From contig OZ024741.1 of assembly GCA_964016885.1 (NCBI GenBank), forward strand, positions 55,924,001 to 55,988,000: a stretch of 64,000 nucleotides of DNA. Reading direction: 5' to 3'. Origin of the DNA: Eledone cirrhosa (taxonomy: Eukaryota). Shown in pieces: positions 1-10,805 of this stretch (position 1 is the stretch's first letter; every line of letters begins with the position of its first letter). The notes under the pieces are model-generated. The model did not search any database, was not told the DNA's origin, and worked only from the letters and a program-made list of their open reading frames with translations. The position numbers and the translations under genes were made by a program.

Positions 1-801
1 ATGGAAAAAGTTCAGAGAGCTTATACCACTATTGGCTGCTAAAGGTTTCTCTCTAAAAATGAAAGGCAGACTGTATGATGCCTGCATACGAACAGCTATG
101 TTACATGGCAGTGAGACATGGGCATTGTGTGCAGAGGATCTGCGCAGACTGGATGTGTAATAGTAATATACGTGAACAGCAAAGCATAAATGAACTAAGT
201 GAGAAATTAGGTATAAGAGGGATCAGATGCTGTTTACTCAAGAGAAGACTACGTTGGTATGGTCACGTGATGCACATGAAAGACGACAGTTGTATAAAAA
301 AGTGCAGGGCAATCAAAATTGACAGAAGTTATGGAGTAGGAAGACCCAGAAAAGCCGGGGACGATTTGATAAATTCCAACCTTACACACTTACACCTCTC
401 TAAGACAATGTCACTGGACCGAGATCTTTGGCGCCACGCAGTAATACAGAAAATCCGCCTTGCCTAAGTACAAAGTGAAACCTACAGTCAGTAGGCATCT
501 CTTAACCAAATATATGTTCGTACCACAACATCCAGTCCTAAATAAATGAGGTCGTGTAGGTGTCACGACAAAAAAAACACACGTCCACGCTGTAATGTGG
601 CCGTGTAGGTAACACCGTAAAAACCTCCCAGTCCACACTGTAAACTTGGTTGGTATAAGGAAGGGCATCGAGCCGTAGAAAACCTGCCAGACAGTCCCAT
701 ACGAGCAAGACGACCAATCTTGCCTCAAGTGGGACAATTGCCCTCTAAACCCATGCTAGCGTGGAAGATAGACGCTAAATGATGATGATGATGATGATGA
801 T
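1..801 (+). mobile_element. RTE-clade LINE family A, 3' part (runs off window)
   Basis: RRLRWYGHVM...GRPRK C-terminus, 3'UTR with AGGAAGGGCATC core, (GAT)n tail. Confidence 0.88.
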
Positions 802-802
802 G

Positions 803-910
803 TCATCAACATCATCATCATTTAACGTCTATCTTCCACGCTAGCATGGGTTAGACGGGAGTTGTCCCAATTTGAGGCAAGGTTGGTCGGGTGACCGTGT
901 CTCGCTCGTA
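803..910 (-). mobile_element. RTE family A 3'-end fragment, tail-to-tail with the previous copy
   Basis: (CAT)n followed by the reverse complement of the family 3' terminus. Confidence 0.8.
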
Positions 911-949
911 TATATATATACATATATATATATATACATATATATATAT

Positions 950-1285
950 GGAGGCACATGGCTTAGTGGTTAGAGCATTGACCTTGCAATCAAAAGGTTG
1001 TGAGTTCAATTCTCAGACCGGGTGATGTGTTGTTTCCTTGAGCAAGACACTTTATTTCACATTGCTCCAATTTACTCAGCTGTAGAAATGAGATGCTAGG
1101 GACTGGGATCCATATCATTCCACTGCAAAGTGGCCGTGGAGGTGCCATAGCAAAAAAGCACCCAGCACTCACTGTAAATGAGGTTGGTGTTAGGAAGGGC
1201 ATCCAGTTGTAGAAATCAAGCCAGAATCAGTTCCCGTCCCACCCTTGCAAGCAGGGAAAAGCAGACGTAAAAATGATGATGATGA

Positions 1286-1288
<3 letters not shown>
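950..1288 (+). mobile_element. tRNA-derived CORE-type SINE with RTE-derived 3' tail
   Basis: A box TGGCTTAGTGG, B box GAGTTCAATTC, CORE-like CCTTGAGCAAGACACTT...CTCAGCTGTAGAAATG, then the same 3' segment and (GAT)n tail as RTE family A. Confidence 0.85.
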
Positions 1289-1368
<80 letters not shown>

Positions 1369-1683
1369 ACCTAAAAACAGTTATAGAACATTAGTAAAAG
1401 AGACATTAAAGAGCAGTGTGACTGGATGACATGATACAAAGTGTTGATTAGTCACTGAAGCAATTATATATAATGGAAAAGTGGAATGGGTAAAGATAAG
1501 TAATATGTGTGAGAAAAGAGACAGATTGATTAGAGAGAGAAAAGTGAAAGAAAGAGAGAAAGATGAGGAATTCGAGAACAACTACCTACCCAATAGGAGG
1601 CTTGAATGAACTGGGGCTGTGAATTCGATAAATATCAAATTTGAATATTTGATGAAAGATATGTATGTGTGTTTGTGGGAGTC

Positions 1684-2580
1684 TTGGGCGATAAAATCAG
1701 CAGTGGGGGAGGGTGCTCTGAAAGTACTGTAGCTAGAGTCAGAACTGGTTGGAAAAAGTTCAGAGAGCTTATACCACTATTAGCTGCTAAAGGGTTCTCC
1801 CTAAAAATGAAAGGCAGGTTGTACGATGCCTGCATACGAACAGCAATGTTGCATGGCAGTGAGACCTGGGCATTGTGTGCAGAGGATATACGCAGACTAG
1901 AGAGGAACGAAGCTTGCATGCTCCGCTGGATGTGTAACAGTAATATACGTGAACGGCAAAGCATAAACGAACTAAGGAAAAAATTAGAGATAAGAGGGAT
2001 CAGATGTTGTTTACTCGAGAGAAGGCTACGTTGGTATGGACACGTGATGCGCATGAAAGTCGATAGCTGTATAACAAAGTGCAGGGCAATAAAGATAGAC
2101 GGTAGCCACGGAATAGGCAGACCTAGAAAAACCTGGGACGAGCTGATAAACTCCGACCTCACACACTTACACCTTTGGCGGTACTCAGTAACAGAGAAGA
2201 CCCGCCTTGCCAGTAGGCATCTCTAACAAAATACACCCCGTCCCGCCACCACCCCCACCCATCCACACCACCCCGTCCTATGTAAAGTTATGTTGGTGCC
2301 GCGCCATCCAGGCCGAAACAAATGAGATCGTGTAGGTGTCACGACAAAAAAACACACAGTCCACGCTGTAATGTGGCCGTGTAGGCAACACGGTAAATAC
2401 CTCCCAGACCCACACTGTAAATGTGGTTGGTGTTAGGAAGGGCATCCAACTGTAGAAAACCTGCCAGACAGTCCTATGCGAGCAAGACAATCACTCTTGC
2501 CTCAAGTGGGACTACCCCCGTCCAAACCCATGCAAGCGTGGAACACGGACGTTAAACGTTGATGATGATGATGATGATGA
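1684..2580 (+). mobile_element. RTE family A, 5'-truncated
   Basis: ORF 1669-2226 (LGDKISSGGGC...LHGSETW...RRLRWYGHV), 3'UTR, (GAT)n tail. Confidence 0.9.
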
Positions 2581-2584
2581 TATA

Positions 2585-3313
2585 TCATCACCATCACCAC
2601 CATTTTATGTTGATTCTTCCATGCTAGCATGGATTAGATGGGTTGTCCTGTTGTGGACAATGTTATGTCGGTTGATCTTGTCTTGCTCATACGGGAACTG
2701 ATTTAGGCTTGATTTCTACAGCTGGATGCCCTTCCTAACACCAACCTCATTTACAGTGAATGCTGGGTGCTTTTTTGCCGTGGCACCTACACATCCACTT
2801 TACAGTGTGGTCTGGGTGCTTTTTTGTCGTGACGCCTCCATGACCACTTTGCAGTGGCAGGAGATGGGGGCATATTGCCTATATGCTTCGGCTTGTTCCT
2901 GTGGGAAGTCGGGTCTTCTGTATTACTGCGTGACGCCAGAGGTCACGGTCATGTGTCATCGCCCTTGAGAGGTGCAATTGAGTAAGGTCCGCTTTTATCA
3001 CCTCGTTCCAGGTCTTCTTGGGTCTCCCCACTCCACGGCTTCCATCAACTTTTAGTGCTCTGCACCTTTTTATGCAGCTGTCATCCTTCATATGCATCAC
3101 ATGTCTACACCAATGCATCCTCCTCTCCTGCACACAGCAGTCTCTCTCTCAGTTCGTTTATGCGTTGCCGTTCACGTATATTACTATTAGACATCCAAGG
3201 AGCATGCAAGCTTCGTTTCTTTCTAATCTACACAAGTCTTCTACAAACAGCACCCAGGTCTCTCTAACATGTACCATTGCTGTTCGTATGCACGCATCAT
3301 ACAGTCTGCCTGT
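2585..3313 (-). mobile_element. RTE family A, 5'-truncated and internally deleted
   Basis: Minus ORF 2879-3133 with RTE C-terminus; (CAT)n tail at left end. Confidence 0.85.
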
Positions 3314-3439
3314 TTAATGAAATACAAGATATTTCAATTAATTAATGAAGGATTTTGAGGAATTTACTAAAATTATTAATTATTTCATGACTAAGATAGC
3401 AAATGTAATACATGGTTCTTACATAAAATTATGTTAAGA

Positions 3440-3655
3440 CCTGCTGTGGAAGGTTCTGCTTGAGTATGGGATCGGTGGTCAGCTTCTTGTTGCCCTTATG
3501 TCGCTATACAAATGCCCAAGTATTTGTGCTAGGATAAATGGTGCTAAATCAAAACCATTCAATGTAGGAGTCGGACTTCGCCACGAGTGCATACTGTCAC
3601 CTCTCCTGTTCATTATTTTCATGAACAGCATTGACATGCGCAGCCGGGTTGGAAA
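3440..3655 (+). mobile_element. RTE family B RT fragment
   Basis: SKPFNVGVGLRHECILSPLLFIIFMN, similar to the RT at 36126-36413. Confidence 0.7.
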
Positions 3656-4382
3656 TTGAGGGAGAAGCTGAGTTCAAGAGGAATCCAAGATGGTGTGTAG
3701 GTGAGAAGGCTGCATTGGTATGGACCTGTAATGCGCATGGACAATGCTTGCTGAGGGAAGAAGTGTCAGGAAATGCCATTTGAAGGAAGATGTAGTAGAG
3801 GTAAATCAAGAAAGACCAGGGCAGAGGTTGTGAGAGGTGACCTCAAATCACTGAGACGTACAGAGAAGATGACGAAGGAACGCGACAAGTGGAGAGATGC
3901 CATGCTAAGAAGGACCCTCCAACCCGTGCAAGCATGGACATAAAATGGATGATGATGATGACAATGAGTCCATGTATAAGCTAGATAGATGTAGCTAGAT
4001 AAAATCCTTATATCAACAGATACTGAATAAACAAATGTACAGATAGATTGAGTCCATGGATTAGCTGATACCAAATAACAGTAGATATACAGACTTAATA
4101 GAGTTCCTGGATCAACTAACACTAAGTGAACAAGATGGTAGATGTACAGATAGATTAGGCCCCTGTATCTGCTGAAAACAAAATAGTAGATCTAGACAGA
4201 TAAGGTCTCTGAATTAGTTGAGACTGTACAAACAGTACACATACAAACAGACAGGTTCCCTATATCAGCTGATATTATGTGAATAGTAGATGGTAGATGT
4301 ACAAATAGAGGTATAGAGGTATAGATGGATAGATAGATGGATGCATGAGAGACAAGAAGAAAACTAGAAACAAAATTAATAC

Positions 4383-4512
4383 CTATTTTATCACAGTCCA
4401 CAACAGCTGCACCAAGATTCTGCAGGCGTTTGCACACGGACGATTTTCCACTTGCAATACCACCAGTCAATCCAATGCAATATGGCCAAGGTGCAATTGG
4501 TTTTTCAGAAAA
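4383..4512 (-). CDS. COASY: CoA synthase exon (start of dephospho-CoA kinase domain); gene continues beyond window start
   Basis: tttgcag|FSEKPIAPWPYCIGLTGGIASGKSSVCKRLQNLGAAVVDCDKI G|gtatt; P-loop GGIASGKS typical of DPCK. Confidence 0.93.
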
Positions 4513-4949
4513 CTGCAAAGATAAATATATAATATACATATATAATATGAGTGTGTTGTTTTATGTACACATCCTCTGTTTATTGTATAATAAAGAGAGG
4601 ATGTATAGATAAAAACTGTCTCTCTTCTTTATAATATTGACACTCCATCTGATGCCCTATAGATAATACTTTAGGATACCCACATTGTGGAGTGCTACGA
4701 TCTGCTTACTCTATAGTCAGTGGATTAATTAATTAACAAACGTTTCTTTACTTGGAATAATTATATATATATATATCATTCTATCTTCTGATGAAGGACT
4801 AGCATCCAAAACATTAAGATTCTTTTCCCACTATATCAAGTGTAAAACTAATAATATATTTCTTCACTGGATTGTGTTGTTTGCTTTGTTATTTCTGTTT
4901 CCCTTTTGCATACACATATATATATATGTATGCAAAAACAACTGCGTAA

Positions 4950-7900
4950 ACAGCAATAACACTAACCATGTTAGGGCTGCGCACGGTAGTGGGCATGTGT
5001 GAGAACCCCACAACCCTCATCAAGTAATCGCACAACAAGAAAAAGAACGAGATGTCTCATCTCAGAGTTGTCATACTTAATGTTGGCACTCTCACAGGTA
5101 GCTCTGGTGAGATAGCGGAGATGCTGGAGAGAAGGTATGTGGATGTGTGCTGTGTGCAAGAGGTGAGATGGAGAGGGGGCCTCTGCAAGACTAATCGCAG
5201 GCAAACATCGTAGCTTTTCTGGGTGGGTAATGATGATGGGTTAGGTGGGGTGGGCATATTACTGGCTGAGAGATGGATCAATAAGACAATAGAGGTAGTT
5301 AGAGTTAGTAATAGAATAATTAAGCTTTGATTAGTTGTAGGCAAGAGACTACTGACAATCATCTCTGCCTATGCTCCCCAGGCAGGCCTAGGTAAAGAAG
5401 AGAAAGACTGCTTTTACGAGCAACTTTTACAAACAGCCTCAATGACAGAGGACAGGGACATTGTTATGCTAGCAGGGCACTTCAATGGACATGTTGGACA
5501 GCTCCAGAATGGATACACTGGGTACATGGTGGGCATAGTTACGGCTCAAGAAATGAAGGAGTGAGGCTTCTTGAATTTTGTGATGCAAATGCACTAACCA
5601 TTTGCAACACTAACTTCCAGAAGCCTACCAACCACCTAATAACCTACAAATCGGGCGGGCACATAAGCCAGATTGACTTCCTGCTAGTTAGACAGCGAGA
5701 CAGACAGATGGTGTCAAATACTAAGGCATACCCCGGGGAAGAATGTACCCCACAGCATAGGTTAGTCATTAGTGACATATCAGTAAGCAAGAGAAAGAAT
5801 GAGACATACAGGAAGGTGTGGAAAAGAAAGGTCTGGAAGCTAAAAGACCTTTCATTAAAATATAAATTTAGCAAAGCCCTTCAAGATGTGTATGATGAAA
5901 AACAAGACGATTTAGAGTTGACATAGATGATAATTGGAATTTCTTGCATGACAACTTACTGCAGGCTACTGAAGAAACTTGTGGTTGGGGCAGAGGTTCA
6001 ACCAGACAGAGAGTGACCTGATGGTGGAACAGCATGGTTGATAGGGCCATTAGAGACAAAAGACTAACATGTAAGGCTTGGAAAAATGGTGGAAGTAGAG
6101 AAGGATACACAGCCGCCAAGAGAGAAGCTAGACATCAGGTGTACTTAGCACTCAGGGAGGCTGAGAGTAGGAGGTTTGCCAATGTTCTGCGACGGGAAGA
6201 TCAGAGACGTGCTGTGTTCCGCATTGCAAGGCAGTGTTTCAGTGCAAATCAGGATGTTGTTGGAGCTAAGTGTGTCCGGAATGATGCCGGTGTACTTAGT
6301 GTCACGAATGATAAAAATAAGGAGGCCTGGAAATGTCATTATGAGAGACTGATGAATGTGGAGAACGAATGGGAGAGAGAGAAATTACCACCAGTAGACC
6401 CGACAGAGGGATCAGCTATTGAGATTGACGAATATAGGGTAAAGAGGCAATTAAGGAAATGAAGAATGGTAAGGCTGCTGGACCGTCAGGGATAGTTGCT
6501 GAGATGCTGAAGGCATCACGAGAAGTTGACACTAAACTGGTTGCACGCATCATCAATCAAGCTATTTATGGTGGTGTCATACCCAAAGACTGGTGTAGCA
6601 GTATTCTCATAAATTGCTACAAAGGTAAAGGGGATGCTCTAGAGAGGAGCAATTATAGGGGTATAAAGCTGATGGATCAGGTTATGAAAGTGGCAGAGAG
6701 AATATTAGCGCAGCTGATTAGAAAAAGGGTCAAATTAGATGAGATGCAGTTTGGTTTTGTGCCTCGGAAAAGTACAACTGATGCCCTCTTCTTAGTGAGG
6801 CAACTACAAGAGAAGTTCTTAGAGAAAAATAAGCCACTATACTTAGCTTTTCTTGACCTAGAGAAGGCCTTTGATAGGGTAACCCGATCTGTCATCTGGT
6901 GGTCCCTAAGGAAACTAGGTGTAGAGGAATGGCTTGTGAGGACAGTGCAAGCTATGTACAGGGGTGCTGTCAGTAAAGTGAGAGTAGGAATGGAGTTTAG
7001 TGAGGAATTCCAGATACAAGTAGGTGTAGATCAGAGTTCGGTCCTCAGCCCGCTCTTGTTCATTATAGTCTTCCAAGCCATAACAGAGGAGTTTAAGACT
7101 GGATGCCCATGGGAACTTCTTTATGCTGATGATCTGGTTCTTATAGCAGAATCAGTAGAGGAGCTAGAGAATAAATTCTGGCTATGGAAACAGCAGTTGG
7201 AATCAAGAGGACTGAGAGTGAACATAACTAAGACAAAAGTGTTGATAAGTAGAAGAGAGGACAATACTCTGATTCCATCAAGGAAATAGCTATGTTCGAT
7301 ATGTAGGAAAGGAATTGGCATAAATTCCATAAAATGTACGCAATGCAGATCTAGTAGGATAGCAGGCTAACTAACAGGTAGGGAAAACTATGTATGCAGT
7401 AGATGTACAGGGAAAGTTGGCAGTAGTAATCGCAGTGATAGACACATTTTTCCAATGCAGATGGGTTCTAGAGAAGTGGTTGATAGCTTCCGGTACCTAG
7501 GTGATCAGATTAGCATGGGAGGGGGGGGGGGGGGGTCCGAGGCCATAGTATCTAGAATAAGGACGGGTTGAAAGAAGTTTAGGGAGCTGCTTCCTCTGTT
7601 GACAAAGAAGGGTTTCTCCCTGCGTACGAAAGGACGGTTATACGATGCCGATGCGCGATGCTACATGGTAGTGAGACATGGGCAGCAACTGCAGAGGATA
7701 TGCAACAGCTGGAGAGAAATGAAGCAAGTATGCTCCATTGGATGTGCAATGTCAATGTGCGTGAACAACCAAGCATAGACGAGTTGAGAAAGAAACTGGG
7801 TATAAGAGGGATAAGTTGTGGTGTGCAGGAGAGAAGGCTGAGATGGTATGGACATGTGATGCGCATGGAGGATGACCGCTGGGTAAAGAAATCCCAGTAG

Positions 7901-8090
7901 TAGAAGGACGACGCAGTAGAGGAAGACGACAAAAAAGATGGGCGGAGGTGGTGAGAGCAGACCTCAGATCGCTGAAACTCATGGTGGAGTTGACGAAGGA
8001 CCATGATAAGTGGAGAGATGCTGTGCTGAATAGGACCCGTCCAACCCTTGCAAGCAGGGAAAAGCGGACGTAAAATGATGATGATGATGA
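4950..8090 (+). mobile_element. Near full-length degenerate RTE LINE (APE plus RT) in a COASY intron
   Basis: APE motifs (LNVGTL, CVQEVRW, SAYAPQ), RT (QFGF, DLEKAFD, LLYADD), C-terminus and (GAT)n tail; multiple stops and frameshifts. Confidence 0.92.
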
Positions 8091-9022
8091 TATATATACT
8101 TATGGTAAACATTGATGCAATTCAATTCAAGCACTCTACGTACTTTTTTCCACATAGGAATGACAGAGTATATTTAGAATAAGAAAATGCGAAGTAGTTT
8201 CAGATGTTAAAGTCCTTTATTGGTAAGGCTGTGAAACATATTTCAATGAAGACAGTGACCATGTGATTCCGCCTAACCAGTGTCATGATCTCATCAGACA
8301 GCTTCTTATATAATAAGGTTACGTTCTCGAGGCAATGCAAATTAAAACGACAAGGGAACAGACAAAGAGGATGTTCTTGAAGCCTTCTCCCGTTCCCTAC
8401 AAGGGAACGGGAGAAGGTTTCAAGAACATCTGAAACTACTTCACATTTTCTTATTCTATATATATATATATAGTAATAATAATAAATTTGAAGACTAAAA
8501 TCCAAAGAGGGCAGCGATTCTTTGCTTAAACTTTAATCTGTTATTTTAATAAATATATATATATATATATATATATAGGACCGCAACCTCTGGTGCTATG
8601 AAGCTGTACAGAAGACCCAGCCTCTATTATTCGTCTATTATTCGTAGGATGAGGCCTATACCTAGTAGACAACACCTTCCTCAATCTTCTATCCCCTCTC
8701 ATTCCCCTCCCTTAGCGGTAACCATACCTCCCCTACTACCCTGTCCACATTTTTCCCAAGCTTCCTACCCCCTCCCTAGTCCCAAGACAAAAGTGCCCAG
8801 GCTCCACTGTAAAATGGTCATGTAGTTGACATGACAAAAAGCACCCAGCACACACTGTAAATGTGGTTGGCGGTAGGAAGGGCACCCAGCTGTAGAAACC
8901 AAGCCAAAATCTGTCCCGGGTAAGCTAAACAAGGATCAATCCATGAATGATGGACGCTAATCAACGAGGTGATGATATATTTATGTGTGTATATATATGA
9001 AGTGTGTATGTATATGTATGAT

Positions 9023-9414
9023 ATCATCATCATCATCATTTTACGTCCGCTTTTCCCGGCTTGCAAAGGTGGGACGGGAACTGATTCTGGCTTGATTTCT
9101 ACAGCTGGATGCCCTTCCTAACACCAACCTCATTTACAGTGAGTGCTGGGTGCTTTTTTTTTTTCCGTGGCGCCTACACATCCACTTTACAGTGTGGGCT
9201 GGGTGCTTTTTTGCCATGGCACCTCCACGACCACTTTGCAGTGGAATGATAGGGACCCCAGTCCCTATTATCTCATTTCTACAGCTGAGTAAACTTGAGC
9301 AATATGAAATAAAGTGTCTTGCTCAACAAGACAACACATCCCCCGGTCTGAGAATTGAACTCACAACCTTTCGATTGCAAGGCCAATGCTCTAACCACTA
9401 AGCCATGTGCCTCC
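9023..9414 (-). mobile_element. CORE-type SINE
   Basis: Reverse complement of the 950-1288 family with one extra tail subrepeat. Confidence 0.85.
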
Positions 9415-9502
9415 ATATGTGTATATATATTACATATATGGTATATGTATATGCACACAAATATATATATATATATGTGTATATCATTATCATGATATGT
9501 GC

Positions 9503-9636
<134 letters not shown>

Positions 9637-9639
9637 TAT

Positions 9640-9879
9640 GTTGGTACCACAAAACATCCAGCCCACACTGTAAAGTGATCATGTAGGTGTCACAACAAAA
9701 ATCACCCAGCACACACTGTCAATGTGGTTGGCGTTAGAAAGGGCATCCAGCCATAGACAACCAGCCAGAAACACTCCTATTTGAGCGACACAGTCACCCA
9801 ACCCAACTTGCTTCTAAATGGGACAAACCCATCTAACCCATTCTACCGTGGAAGATAAACGTTAATCGATGATGATGAT

Positions 9880-9880
<1 letters not shown>
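9640..9880 (+). mobile_element. RTE family A 3'UTR fragment
   Basis: Subrepeats, AAGGGCATCCAGCC core, GAT tail. Confidence 0.75.
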
Positions 9881-9916
<36 letters not shown>

Positions 9917-9922
<6 letters not shown>

Positions 9923-10432
9923 TAAAATATATGATAAACACAAAACGTGTTTGCATTGTAACAGACAAAGTTAGCTATTAATGAAATAAACTAATTAAAG
10001 TGAATACAATTTGTCTGTCTCGATATAAGTCAATAAAGACAAACTTATATTGGCAAAGGCCGTGGTTCCTGGACAAATTTAAATTTCAAAATCCAAACCT
10101 GCTCCGTAGATGAATTTGAACCTCGAAACCTAAATATGTTTCGCAACGGTGGTACGTGAATTGAAAAATAAAGAGAGTCGAAATGGAATTGAAATAAAAA
10201 GTGAAATATCCAAATCTTCTGTGCTTATCAACAGGAACCCAGTAAAATTAGTATATTCCACATCAAAAATTTAGCAGGTCTGACTACACGTGTGCAGCCA
10301 GGCCAAATTAGCCAATTGACTTATATCGAGACAGACAAATTGTATTCACTTTAATTAGTTTATTTCATTAATAGCTAACTTTGTCTGTTACAATGCAAAC
10401 ACGTTTTGTGTTTATCATATATTTTAATGTAT
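9917..10432. repeat. Foldback inverted repeat with 118-bp arms
   Basis: 9917-10034 is the reverse complement of 10315-10432; flanked by (TA)n. Confidence 0.92.
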
Positions 10433-10511
10433 TTAACTGCTCGGAAATGCCCCTTTTCTTGGAGCTGAATTATTGTAAACGACTGAGAGTTTATTCTCAA
10501 AATATAATATA

Positions 10512-10574
<63 letters not shown>

Positions 10575-10805
10575 TAGTTCCACAGCAGTTAGTTCACCAT
10601 ACCGAGAACAAATGTTCCACCTTATGCTCTACTACTACGGATATAACCCTCCAGTGTTCTACCTATATATATATATATTTCTACTCTTTCATTATACTTA
10701 ATTGCAACAGCACAGCTTGTCTTTTGATTTATATATATATATATATATATATACAGTATTTACGTATCGAGAGAGAGAAAAGAAGGGGAGGATAGGTGAT
10801 ATATA

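Noticed and set aside
950-1022. tRNA gene
   Set aside because: A and B boxes belong to a multi-copy SINE head; no convincing cloverleaf
1635-2162. Antisense ORFs over RTE copies (also 46724, 53613, 63058)
   Set aside because: Shadow frames of the LINE coding sequence
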